A stretch of DNA of 64,000 nucleotides, taken from contig OX597826.1 of the NCBI GenBank assembly GCA_951406725.2, forward strand, positions 51,150,001 to 51,214,000, given 5' to 3'. The notes under the pieces are model-generated. The model saw nothing but the letters and a program-made list of their open reading frames with translations. It had not been told where the DNA came from and did not search any database. Position 1 is the stretch's first letter. Each line of letters opens with the position of its first letter. A program made the translations under genes and the position numbers. The DNA comes from Octopus vulgaris (taxonomy: Eukaryota). Shown one piece after another: positions 1 to 13,260 of the stretch.

Positions 1-1015
1 TGACTTAGCCATGAATAAATGGCATTCATTGCCGTGGAAATAGCTGGTCACTTTGCAATGAGTAAATGACATTCGTTGTCTTGTGGAAAGCTAGTTAAAT
101 GTTGGTTACTTATGCAGAACGGTTCCTTTAACCTGGTTGAGATAACTCACAGTCCACAGTTCTTGGGGTCAAAAACTAGCATCAAACACGACGTATCTAT
201 ACTTTTTTTCAGTTGAACCAGTGAGGCCGATGGGGTGTGCAATGTCATACCGTAGATTCTAGATTGGTACGAATGAAAAAAATTCTTATCTGTACATTTG
301 TATCATCCCCAAATTGTTCCTCTATTTCACATCAGACCACAGCAGAAGAGAAATCTTATAGTCAAACCTGAAACAGATCTGGGGTAGAGAAGGAATATCA
401 TTGATGAAGTCGCGAATGACATTTGACCGACAAAACTCATTGGTTGATTAACCGAACGATTAGTCAAACAATCGATGAGTTAATTATTAAAGGATTAACC
501 AATTGACTAATAATAAAGGAAGTGAAATAGAACGGGTGTGTGTGTGTGTTTATTGGCAAAATGGCCCTCCCAAGAAACAATAAAATCTGTAGTTGTCTTT
601 CGACCTGTTAGAAATTCTGAGTGTGTGAGTGTGTGTGTGATTCCAATGGTTTTTTTTACAATCTGAAAGATGTAACTTTTTTATGTTTATTGTGAAAAAA
701 TCGAGATATAGCTGTGGTGAGCTCTTGATGAGACTTCTTGAAAGATCTCAGAATTTTATCTCAGTAATTATTGAAATAAAATTCTGGCCGTTACCGACAA
801 ACACTGAGTAAATTTTTCCCTCAGCTGCGTCTTAGTGTATTAAGAAGAAAAGAGAACATACTGGATTGTGTAGATCCTAATATACTAACAGGCAGGATGG
901 TCATGGTTAAAATGCTTTTGACAATAGATCTACCTAATCGGGCAGACCTAGGACTAAGCAATAACAACGAAAACCACCCTTATCACCAGCACCAATAGCT
1001 TCAACAGCATCAGCA

Positions 1016-1552
1016 GTGGAGGCGCAATGGCCCAGTGGTTAGGGCAGTGGACACGTGGTCGTAAGAACGCGGTTTCGATTCCTAGACCGGGCATTGTAAA
1101 TGTTTATTGAGCAAAAACACCTAAGCTCCACGAGGCTCCGGTGGTGGTGGTGAACCCCGCTGTACTCTTTCACCACAACTTTCTCTCACTCTTTCTTCCT
1201 ACTTCTACCACAAAGCAGAGGAACCATGGTGTAACCCACTATGGTGTGGTAAACTTTCAGACCCTAGTCTACATTGCGAATCCTCTGTACTCCAGGATGG
1301 TTCAGCTCTCCACCCGTTAAAAGCCACCGTTTACGGAATGAGGTTAACGACATAGCTTTCGCGCCAGTGCAACCGCCAGTCTATCGCGTGTGGTGGGTGG
1401 ATCTTCAAGTTGCCACACGCATTCTTAGTTGCTTAGAGTAGGCTCGAATTAGATATTATTCTTTATGGCTAAGGACGTGAGTCCTGATTGGAAGAAGAAG
1501 AAGAAGAAGAAGAAGAAGAAGAAGAAGAAGAAGAAGAAGAAGAAGAAGAAGA
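1016..1552 (+). mobile_element. tRNA-derived SINE, family C head, with a ~290-bp 3' tail ending in (GAA)n
   Basis: tRNA-like head GGAGGCGCAATGGCCCAGTGGTTAGGGCAG...GGTTTCGATTCC with pol III A/B-box-like motifs. The whole unit aligns to a second copy at 58477-59033, and both end in (GAA)n. Confidence 0.85.
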
Positions 1553-2284
1553 CAGTATCAGCACTACCAGCATCAGCATCAGCATCAACAGCATCAGCAG
1601 CAGCACCACCACCACCACCACCACCACCACCACCGCCACCATCTTATTAATATTACCAGCGTGAAGAATTTATACTAGAATGCCACATCGTTTTGTCATT
1701 CTTTTGTCAATATGTGTAAAAATTATAGTAATTAATTGCAGTTGTTCAAGTAATTAACTGGCATTTAAAAGTTTACGCGTTCTGGAAATTACTGTAATTC
1801 CGGTTAAAATTAACAAGTGTTCTCCTTTTAATTGTATCGCCAAAAATAAGAGAAAAGAAAAGTAAAAGCAAACCAAATTTAAAAAAAAATGAACTGAAAA
1901 TAAACGAGACCTTACAATAACGGCCATCACAAATTCAACACGAAGCCAGTTCTGTTACCACGTCTTTTGTTGTTTGGCACAAAGCAATTTTAACGCGTTC
2001 ATGAACTTAGGTAGGGCTATCGTAATTCAACTACATGTAAATTTAATAACTGAGTGTGCACAACAACTTAATAGGTAATTGGGGTTATGACTATATGATG
2101 ATGTGAACTGAGAAAACAAAAAAAGGAAAAGAATGGACTGCAGGTATACCACATACAAGAAAAATTATAGAATATTAAATACAAGTTAATTGGTAGGATA
2201 ATGAGCAGTTCTGGTGAGTATTCACTTTGTCAGCTACTGCAATAAAGACAGCCACCAGTTTAGTCACACAATATATAGCAGTTG

Positions 2285-3067
<783 letters not shown>

Positions 3068-3281
3068 ATTGCAATGTTTTTTTTTACAGCCTGAAAGATG
3101 TTGCCTTTATACAGTGTAAAGAACCTGAATCCATCTGAGCTGTTTTACAGATAAAGCATCTTGAAAGTTGTAATTTCTGAAATAAAACTCCTACATGCTG
3201 TCACTAAACGCTTTGAGTATATTTTATGATTCGCAGGTATCTTACTCTCATGAATATAGACACCTGCATTATACACACACT

Positions 3282-3358
<77 letters not shown>

Positions 3359-3731
3359 TCGCATGTACTCACGCGCACACTTATACATCCATGTAGAAAA
3401 TATTGGGTTATTTTTGTCAAAATTTTCAGTGAATACAATATTTTGTCCCCAAACTAAAGATTTAGTTCGGTTCCTCTACCTATTTTCCTTCTATCACCCA
3501 TGATCCATCACTCCCTATATTTCCGGATAATTGTCTGTCATAGCTTATACACCGCTATATCTTCAATATCCTATGTTTTGTACCATATTTGCTGAATATT
3601 ATTATTTAAAATTTTAAACCTTCAAACATAGACCATTTTCCTTTTTTAAGTTGTTCTTTCTCTTTTTATTTTTCCTCTCTGTTTATCTTAATAATTTTGC
3701 ACTCAATATTGGTCGGCAAAAAAAAAAAAAA

Positions 3732-4292
3732 GGTGGCGAGCTGGCAGAAACGTTAGCACGTATTTCGTCTGCCGCTACGTTCTGAGTTCAAATTCCGCCG
3801 AGGTCGACTTTGCCTTTCATCCTTTCGGGGTCGATAAATTAAGTACCAGTTACGCACTGGGGTCGATGTAATCGACTTAATCCGTTTGTCTGTCCTTATT
3901 TGTCCCCTCTGTGTTTAGCCCCTTGTGGGTAGTAAAGAAATAGGTATTTCGTCTGCCGCTACGTTCTGAATTCAAATTCCGCCGAGGTCGACTTTGCCTT
4001 TCATCCTTTCGCGGTCAATAAATTAAGTACGAGTTACGCACTGGGGTCGATGTAATCGACTTAATCCGTTTTTCTGTCCTTGTTTGTCCTCTCTGTGTTT
4101 AGCTCATTGTTGGTGGTAAAAACATAGGTATTTCATCTGTCTTTACGATCTGAGTTCAAATTCCACCGAAGTTGACTTTGCCTTTCATCCTATTGGGGTC
4201 GATAAATTAAGTACCAATTGCGTACTGGGGTCGATCTAATCGAGTGGCCCACTCCACCAAAATTTCGAGCCTTGTCCCTAGAGTAGAAAAGA
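3732..4292 (+). mobile_element. SINE family B, tandem trimer of ~170-bp units (Meta-domain-like core)
   Basis: Three repeats of GTATTTCGTCTG...GAGTTCAAATTCCGCCGAGGTCGACTTTGCCTTTCATCCTTTCGGGGTCGATAAATTAAGTACC. The same family occurs at 21000, 28267, 56965 and 61400. The Meta-domain label is from recalled similarity. Confidence 0.8.
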
Positions 4293-4865
4293 ATATTGGT
4301 CGGTCAAAAATTTCCGGCTCAGGTAAAACAGCTATCAGGTGTTCAAGTTCTCTAAAAATTGTCGTTAATCATAAATTACCATAGCAAACGTAAAGTGGTT
4401 TCAATCAGAATTCGAAATCGTATCCCGTAGTCCGTTTTACAAGAGTTTACCTACAAGACAACTTCTCACGATTCCTTTAAACGTCTACGCAGCAGAGTTC
4501 TTCTGTTATCAGTTTATGTAAGAATATTTATTACCGAGATTTTCTGTAAATAGAATTACGTCTGCATCTCTAAGAAGTCATCCTCCTGGGTAAGTTCTAC
4601 CGTTGAGAACTGATAGGAATAACGTTACCATAGAAACATATTGATTTCATTTCATTAAACAGAAAACCATTTGCATCTTATCGTGGAATATTACAGTCTA
4701 GACTGTAAAACCTGGCTGTAATGTCTGCTTTAAATGGGCCGCACAACACGTTCACTTAAGGATTGAGCCAATAAAGGAGACTACGCAGTCGCTCGACTCG
4801 ATAAATTGACAGTCCTGAAAAAATACAACAACAAAAAGAAAGGACATCTGATAATGTAGATCTAG

Positions 4866-5185
4866 ACAAGTGATTCTCAACCATTTTGTACTTATCGACC
4901 TCTTTGATTAGTATTTCACTCTGGTTAACCCCTACAGCCATTCTATGTTTAAAAATTAGTTTTATAGATACTTCTTTTAAAATTCCTATTTTGTTTTTGC
5001 AAACATTAACGCGTGTAGGTTAAACTATGTAAAATGTTAAAGAAAGAAATCTGTTTTTTTTTTCCAATGAATATATCTCAATCAAAATTTTTCCATGGAC
5101 CCTTAATATATTACTGTGTGTAACTAATTTATCATTTTGCTTACACGGACCTCCAAAAATTCGTATGTGGACTCAACAAGTCAAA
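4866..5185 (-). mobile_element. Decayed hAT-Charlie-like MITE, reverse copy of 29720-30043
   Basis: TCTAGA followed by CAAGTGATTCTCAACC, a TIR-like end. The interior matches the reverse complement of 29800-30035. Confidence 0.6.
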
Positions 5186-5518
5186 GATCAAAGGAAACCA
5201 GAATGGCCACATTTGGGAAACAACAAATCATAAAGCTGCTCGTTCAAGGTTGACTTGGAGCTAAACAACAACAACATGAAGTAGATCGATCGACCGTCTA
5301 AAAACAATAGCAAAATATCAAGAAAATGAGCCGGAAATGAAACATCGAGACCTCTGGCCACAGGCTCCAATTGAAAATATTGTGTATGTGTGTGTGTGTG
5401 AGTGTGTGCGTATGTATGTGTATGCGTCTCTTCCAGCTGGATCCCTTGGAGATAACCTCACTTAGTGACTAGACGTTCTATTCCGCATGGTACCATCTTA
5501 ACGCCAATGGCCATTCTC

Positions 5519-5948
5519 TCTTTACTCTTTACTCTGTTACTCTTTTACTTGTTTCAGTCATTTGACTGTGGCCATGCTGGAGCACCGCCTTTAGTCGAGC
5601 AAATCGACCCCGGGACTTACTCTTTGTAAGCCCAGTACTTATTCTATCGGTCTCTTTTGCCGAACCGCTAAGTTACGGGGAGGTAAACACACCAGCATCG
5701 GTTGTCAAGCAATGCTAGGGGGACAAACACAGACACGCAAACATATACACACACACTTATATATATATATCTATATATATATATATATATATACATATAT
5801 ACGACAGGCTTCTTTCAGTCACAAGGCATTGGTCGGCCCGGGGCTATAGCAGAAGACACTTGCCCAAGATGCCACGCAGTGGAGACTGAACCCGGAACCA
5901 TGTGGTTGGTTAGCAAGCTACTTACCACACAGCCACTCCTGCGCCTAT
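5519..5948 (-). mobile_element. SINE family A, near full length
   Basis: Reverse complement of the family A consensus, with a (TTTTACTC)n tail at the left end. Confidence 0.9.
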
Positions 5949-6811
5949 ACATTCTGTATACATTTTCAATAATTTTTGCGTTTGATTAACACATCAATAA
6001 TTAATTAGTTTATTAAAAAAAAAAGAATATAATTATGAGAGGGGTGCTCTGAGAGGGGCCCACGGGACGGTGGAGGAAAACGAAGGGGGAGCATTGAGAG
6101 AAAAGAAGGGTTAATGTTGAACATGAAAGGTTGGGAGGGAGTGGTTTGAGTAAAAGCTTAGTGTAAGTAATAATGAAAGGGTAAAAGGGGTAATAGAATA
6201 ATAAAAAAATATTTAGCTTAAGGTTCAATGATTTAAGTACCTCTAAGAGTACAAACACAGTGTAGTCCTTGGTTCGATCCCAGCGCACAGCATTTTAGAT
6301 TTGGACATATCTCTTCTATCATAACTTCGTGTTGACCAATACTTAGTGTGTGTATGTTTGTGTGCGTCTGTGTAAGCGCGCGTGAGTATGTATGTGTGTG
6401 AGTATATTGCGTTGATGTAACCATCAACTTCTCTAAAAAAAGTGAAATTTTCTAACAAATTCCTTTATGATATTTGTTCAAGATTGAGTTACAGATATTC
6501 CTTTGTCGTGAACTAGAGTGATTGATCTGTTGGAAACCTGTAAGTTGGTGATACTATTGTTCACCATCTTCGAGTTGGTGAACAATATGTTTAGGCCGAT
6601 AGTTTATGCAAAATGTCTTGTATATGTGTTCAACAGCCTGATAAACCGAGACCCACGAAATTTTGTCCAGATATGCAATGAAGTGTCTATGGTGGGCCTG
6701 TGTCACAAAAAAGGACTGAAGTATATTTTCTTAAACAAGTATCGAATGTCAATGTATTAAATTTTGAGTGTGTGCGTGTGTGTGTGTGTGGGTGGTGGTG
6801 GTGGTGGTGGT

Positions 6812-6967
6812 GTGTGGCTGTGTGGTAAGAAGGTTGTTTCCCAACCACATAGTTTCAGGTTCAGTACCACTGCGTGGCACCTTGAGCAACTGTCTTCTAC
6901 TATAGCATCGGGCCGACCAAAGCCTTGTGTGTGGATTTGATAGACGGAAACTGAAAGAAGCGCGTCG

Positions 6968-6968
<1 letters not shown>
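6812..6968 (+). mobile_element. SINE family A, 5' half
   Basis: GTGGCTGTGTGGTAAGAAG...GGAAACTGAAAGAAGCGCGTCG followed by (TA)n. Confidence 0.85.
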
Positions 6969-6998
<30 letters not shown>

Positions 6999-7089
6999 GA
7001 AAGAATGGAGTCGAACGAAGATGTTAACATACACATACATACGCACACACTCACACACACATACACATAGGATAATTCATTCACCTACT

Positions 7090-7116
<27 letters not shown>

Positions 7117-7125
<9 letters not shown>

Positions 7126-7780
7126 GAGGGCATTATACATACATGCCAGATGGCATTATACATACATGCCACACGCTAAGAGGGACAATTAGTCATTTCT
7201 ACCAAAAATATTACTAATCCCACCGAATGCAATTTTTCAAAGTAAGACATTTAAAAAATAGACCTGTATCACAGTGATTTCATACTTACGTATTCATCAG
7301 CAGGCCTGGATATATCATACATAAACGACCCTGCCTCGCTTAAGCCGATCAGCTAACTGATCAACATCAACGAAGCACATGGGTGAGTTTACATATATTA
7401 CATCCTGTAAATGTCAGACTTTTTACGAATTGCATTTCGGGAAAGGAAAAGTTTTTTCGGAATAAAAATTTAGCAATTAAGGACAACTACTTAATAAGGA
7501 AAACTTAACAAGAAATTGTCAGGTAGATAGCGTGAAAACCTCATAAGAGAAAAAATTTCGAAAATAATTATTTCTTATTGAACATATTAATTTATATATA
7601 GAGGGCATTTATATATAACATGCCATCTGGCATGTATGTATAATGCCCTCTATATATAAATTAATATGTTCAATAAGAAATAATTATTTTCGAAATTTTT
7701 TCTCTTATGAGGTTTTCACGCTATCTACCTGACAATTTCTTGTTAAGTTTTCCTTATTAAGTAGTTGTCCTTAATTGCTA
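7117..7780 (-). mobile_element. Hammerhead-containing non-autonomous Penelope-like/retrozyme-like module with terminal redundancy and a 139-bp inverted duplication, flanked by (TA)n
   Basis: TTTATATATAGAGGGCATT at ~7115-7133 recurs at 7591-7609 (period 476). 7471-7609 is the reverse complement of 7642-7780. A canonical hammerhead lies at 7260-7307. Confidence 0.75.
7260..7307 (-). ncRNA. Minimal type I hammerhead ribozyme
   Basis: Minus strand reads AGGCCTG-CTGATGA-ATAC(GTAA)GTAT-GAA-ATCAC(T)GTGAT-A-CAGGTCT: canonical core, 4-bp stem II with GNRA loop, near-palindromic stem III, AUA triplet and 7-bp stem I (one G.U). Confidence 0.9.
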
Positions 7781-7799
7781 TATATATATATATATATAC

Positions 7800-8000
7800 A
7801 AATCACCGTGATCACCGTGATCACCGTGACCGACCAGGCTGTCAGATATTGCTACACATCGCTGGTGACATTGTTTTAGTCTTCAAATGACGCCACCCCG
7901 CTGGCTAAGCGAGCAGGCCAACAGAAGGAGTGAGAGAAAGTTGTAGTGAAATAGTACAGCAGGGATAACCCCATCCCCTGCCGGAGTCTCATGGAGGTTT
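7800..8000 (-). mobile_element. SINE family C fragment with a distinct 3' tail ending in (TCACGGTGA)3
   Basis: The reverse complement of 7925-7998 matches the family C body (CTCCACGAGGCTCCGGCAGGGG...CTGTACT...ACAACTTTCTCTCACTC). Confidence 0.65.
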
Positions 8001-8103
8001 CGCGCTTCATGTATATACGTTTTAAGCTTAGAAAATGTTACTATTATTATTTACAGAATTGCAAAAGTTGACGCTGCTTACCAAAAACTATCATACGCGC
8101 ACA

Positions 8104-8165
<62 letters not shown>

Positions 8166-8545
8166 TATATATATATATATACTAATGATTTGTAGGTACG
8201 TGGTATTTCGTTATGCAACCATAATACACAATAAAGTATATTAAATGTTTTTATAAGTCAAAACCACGTCCTACTGCGCTTTTACATTACTTTGTTAAGG
8301 TTATCTCTACTGACATTCTATAGAAATTTAGCCACCACTGATTTTATTACGAAATATGGCATATGCACTCTTCCCATTTTTGTCTTCGATCTCATTGTCT
8401 GTTTACATCTGATGTCTCGATACGAAACGTTGTAGCAAAATCGGTTCTAGCTATGATTTCCATAGAATATTTGTAGAAATAACCTTAACTATATATATAT
8501 ATATATATATTTAGTTATATATATATAACAGTCTGGATATTCTAT

Positions 8546-8602
<57 letters not shown>

Positions 8603-8632
8603 GAATATCCAGACTGTTGAAAATTTGTGTTT

Positions 8633-8719
8633 TGCAACTGAAGATGGCGCTGTATTTCAAATTGATGTATTGCTTGCATCGTTCGATTAAATGGAGCCGC
8701 CTGAAACAGCCGTATTGCA
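8633..8719 (+). ncRNA. Type I hammerhead ribozyme with a long stem II
   Basis: TGCAA-CTGAAGA-T-GGCG...(inner GATGTA/TGCATC stem)...CGCC-T-GAA-AC(AGCC)GT-A-TTGCA. Stem I is 5 bp and the triplet is GUA. There is a U.U mismatch at the base of stem II and stem III is only 2 bp. Confidence 0.7.
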
Positions 8720-8834
8720 TTAATACCTTGACGTCCTTGTTATCTATTTACTTTTTAGTCACCTTACTTTGAACCTTGCAGATAATACCGGACTGGCTTA
8801 GTGCATCAATGAAAGTACTTTATTCAACTGAATC

Positions 8835-8891
<57 letters not shown>

Positions 8892-8899
8892 GAATGTGT

Positions 8900-9125
8900 G
8901 TGTGTGTGCGTGAGTGCGTGCGTGTGTCTGTCCCCCGTCACCGCTTGACAGCCGGTGTTGGTTTGTTTACGTACCCGTAACTTAGTGCTCGGCAAAAGTT
9001 GTCGGTAGAATAAGTATCAGGCTTAAAAATATTAAGTACAGGGGTTGATTCATTCAACTAAAATAATTCTTCCAGGCGCTCCCCCTGTATGGCCTCAGTC
9101 TGATAAGTGAAATAAGAAAAAGACA
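8900..9125 (+). mobile_element. SINE family A, diverged 3' half
   Basis: CCGCTTGACAGCCGGTGTTGG...CCCGTAACTTAG...TAGAATAAGTA matches the family A 3' half. Confidence 0.7.
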
Positions 9126-11074
9126 AAAGATTTTAAAAAGAAGTGAGCATGGAGAATTGGCTATGTCTAAATGGGCTTTATAAGCAATAGAGTGGGTTGG
9201 AGTGGAGCTGCTGATTTGAACCATCGAAGATTTTTGAGATGCAGGTTCAATACCGTAATCAACCTACTCAGTGATTTTTGAATCATATTCTTTCCTACAT
9301 TAATTTCCTGTCTCCCTCCTTGACATACAATGGTGTTGTGATGGGGTAATCGTATTGAATGTAATAATGAATGACTTGCCTCTGTTGTTTTCGACATTGC
9401 TATCAGTTAGGAATGTTTTAAGCTATCTTCGGAGGTCCACACGCTCATCAAAGAACTTATCTCACCTGAATTACCTTTGATCAAGGGAATGACAAAAGCA
9501 ATACGTTTGAAAGAAAACTGGGTTGACGAGTGCCAACAGAGTTAGCAATGCTAGACTCAAAACCTTCAAGGGGGCCTCTGGTTTTGCTTCTATCAGAGGA
9601 AGAAGGGCTGAAGCAACGACCTCTTTTCAAATTTTCCTCAACTGGATTTAACGGAGAGAGCACAATATCTCTAACCCATGGAACTGAGATCTACTGCTAG
9701 CAACAGAGCAGAGACTATTAAAACATCCATGAGGTATTCGTTCTCGTTATACGGGGACACAGATTAAATCTAATAATGAAGAACAGGAATAGGCTTCTGC
9801 AGAACTTCACAATTTCTTTCTATGATATTTACCCCACAAGGCTTTGGTCAAACTGGGGCTCTAGAACAAAAGAAAAAATGCACAAGTTACCGTGTAGTGA
9901 GATCGAATTCAACACTACGTTGTTACAAAGCAGTCTTTTTAACTACACTGTCATGACCACGTCTATGTCTGTATGCAATAAACATTGTATATTTGTTATA
10001 ATGTAACTGGTGTTGCATTAATAACTGATTATTGCATAATAAATTACATAATTATAACGTAGGGCTTCCTTCAGATAATACCAATATAGTGCAGTCATGT
10101 AATAATTAAATACATGGCATATATCGTTTGAACGTCTTCTTATGGTTTCTCTGTTAGAAAATTGTATCCAGAAGCTGCTTTATGTATGAAATGAATCATC
10201 AGCTGTTTAACTGCACAAGCACACAGATTCAAACACACGAACGTAGAAAGTCAGATACACACACGTACAACATACGCGCCTGCATGTGTGGGAGTATTCT
10301 GATGCGCAAAATTTTCACAGAGCAAATGTTCGATGTAAAATTAAATGGTTTCTTAGGATTTAGAAGGTTCCATCTGAATTAACATCAGTGAGACCAAATA
10401 GGGGTACGTCACGGATTTCCCGACAAATGATGGTCCGGAACCATTATTAATCTGGACATAATTTTTGAGCGGACACTTGTATTTTCTGCGACTCTCCAGA
10501 CTAATTTGTCTGCTGGGTGGCTCCATGCAGTGTTCCGCATCATTTGGAATATTTTGATGCCGATTATTGCTGTAGCTATGGTGATTTTCGGAATTCAAGT
10601 CTCGTTTATCTTCCAAGTATTGTGTCGGTATCCAGGATGGTAGAAAACTCAAATCAATGCAAGAGAAGGCAAAAGTGGCGAGAAAAAACTGGATTGTAGG
10701 GTTTCGGTGCGGAAACTATGTTAGACTTATAGTATTGGTTCACCAATTGTGTATGGCATTGAAAAGCAAAGGAAGAAAATATTTTAATCCTTAACAGAAA
10801 ATGATTCCAAGAAGTAAACTAGAATTAAAAAAGATGTGAAAACTGGCGAAAGTATTAAGCTTAATCGAGTGTTGGTTCCATGGGCTTCACGAATCGGAGT
10901 GATGGGGCACCCGAGTTGCCGGGTACCATGGTAATGGAATAGGCTGAGTTGTACCATGAAGGACAAAAACTGTAATATGAGTGAAATTACTAGCAAGAAT
11001 AGCTGCAAAGGTTGAAGAAACGTCATGGAATTCATATGTCTGAAATGTGTGACGAAGAACTATAGAGCACTAAG

Positions 11075-11075
<1 letters not shown>

Positions 11076-11156
<81 letters not shown>

Positions 11157-11157
11157 C
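11076..11157. repeat. (TATC)n microsatellite, left flank of LINE
   Basis: Perfect tetranucleotide run. Confidence 0.95.
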
Positions 11158-12000
11158 CTTAAGCTCTACAGACACGGCTCGAGAAACACGGGGCCGACCT
11201 GCCCGAGATGCGGTCAGAGCGACGAAACCGTTCTGCACGCACTCGTTCAGTGTCCAACAATTTCCGACCTGTGGGCTTATGTCGAACAACTGCTGTCACG
11301 TGTGGGACGAGTCGGTTTATCAGCTGAGTCTATCGTCAATATTGTCACGCCTCCTTCCTTCAAACGGGAAGGAAGAGCTATTTTCATCATCCTTGTGGCT
11401 ATGGCGAAAGAATGTATCTGGTGGACGCGTCTGAAAGGATTGGAGACAAACACTTTCCTCTCTGGTCAATCTCTCATCAACTTCTTCAAGTACCACTTGA
11501 AAAGGAAAGTGAGAGTAGAGAGGCAAGTTTTGTCTAGCGAATGTTTTAAAAAAAGATGGGTGAATGTAGCAAGAATGGCACGTATGAATGACGAAGCCAC
11601 CTTGAGCATAGTCCTATGAACCCAGAAATCGAAAACAGAGAGTTGCTTATTTGCAAAAAAAAAAAAAAAAAAGAAATATAAAATGTGACTTCATTGACCG
11701 AGGTTACCGTGGTCTTTTCCGTAGGCTTTTCTTTCCACGGGTAAACCTCACCTGTCCTCCCCTTTAACTTCATATTGACATTTCTGTGATAACGATCCCT
11801 ATTGATCAATTTTTTTTTCCTCTGCCCCCTTTTTTTTTTTTTAACCCCTTTTTTTGTCCTCTTTCTCTCCTTTTACGATCCCTTTTGATCGAAACTCCCC
11901 CTTCCTTTTTTTTTTTTTTTTTTTTAAACCTTCAAAAGAAAAGCTCTACCTTGTAATTTGTTCTATCTGTGTGCAGCCCTGTGTGGCTAATAAAGAAACA
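11158..12000 (+). mobile_element. 5'-truncated Tx1/L1-like LINE: ORF2 C-terminus (zf-RVT-like) plus T-rich 3' UTR
   Basis: Reads KLYRHGSRNTGPTCPRCGQSDETVLHALVQCP (C-x2-C...H...C), continuing into ORF 11302-11619, which is homologous to 36327-36623(-). Ends in AATAAAGAAAC and is flanked on both sides by (TATC)n. Confidence 0.85.
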
Positions 12001-12407
<407 letters not shown>

Positions 12408-12409
12408 TT

Positions 12410-13260
12410 TGTAAATCTCGAATCTGACGAGAACCTCGTCTTCGAGCAAGTATATAATACAGATTAAATTGCAGTACTGTGGCAATGTTCCTCGATGATA
12501 AAGAGAACCATATCAATGTCAAATAAAAAGGCATCCATAGGATTTAAACGATTTAAGGATACACCCCCATCTAAGGGTGTCCGAATATCCAGATGTATGT
12601 CACCATAGGAAAACGGTAAATGCACCTTGAAAGCTGTTAAAGGTTATTCTGTTATTTATCATGGAAATAAAAATGCTGGAGTACAAACAAGACCATCATT
12701 GGGTAATCTGGAAACTATTTTGTACTGGGAGCCAGACTAAACAGGGTTCTGGCTTCCGAGGATTTTTGCACACAGTAGATATCCTTGAAAACTGCAATAT
12801 TCTTCATATTGTGGACAGCTGTTCAGGTTTCACCAGAATAGAAATGTTATATGAGAATAATATATACGCAGCGTATTTACCTTCAAACCATGCATCCTTT
12901 ACCCAACCTGTAATCCAAGGAATACTGCATATTTTTTTTTGCGATGCGCATGCTAGATATGATGAGTTCAGATAAACCTGTTGAGAAATTTATTGCAGAA
13001 TTTAACAGAACAGATGTGTTTTGGTTTGCTGCTGAGAGAAAGTAAAATCATAAACAATAAAGAAAGTATAGAAAAAGTGTTCTGCCTTGAAGTTTGAAAT
13101 TTCTCTTGATAAAGAATTTGGCTATGACTATACATAAACGGTGTTGTTCGTGAGTTATTTCAATGCGCCAAAATTCTTCCTGAAGGTGCTGACAAGAATA
13201 TAGTTTGAGTGGATGAATATTGATGTAAGATAACTCTAGAACGTAGCTGAATGAACATCA
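12410..13260 (+). pseudogene. Decayed pogo/Tigger (CENP-B-like, DDE_1) transposase remnant
   Basis: Fragments VTIGK...VIYHGNKNA and NILHIVDSCSGF...NIYAAYLPSNHASFTQPVIQGIL resemble the DDE_1 motifs IGK...YxxNKxAW and ILLLxDNxxAH...FLPPNxTxxxQPxDQGI. Frameshifted; boundaries approximate. Confidence 0.65.

Noticed and set aside
1016-1090. tRNA-like sequence, also at 20192, 43054, 57881 and 58477
   Set aside because: Each continues into a SINE body, so these are SINE heads and not tRNA genes.
3760-4240. Regularly spaced repeats superficially like a CRISPR array
   Set aside because: Whole ~170-bp units repeat with no unique spacers, the context is eukaryotic and no cas genes are present.
6553-6587. 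12-bp hairpin TATTGTTCACCA/TGGTGAACAATA
   Set aside because: Isolated, within what may be a decayed LINE RT fragment; no supporting context.
9150-9735. Non-repetitive stretch with short ORFs on both strands
   Set aside because: No recognisable motif or convincing splice-site pair.
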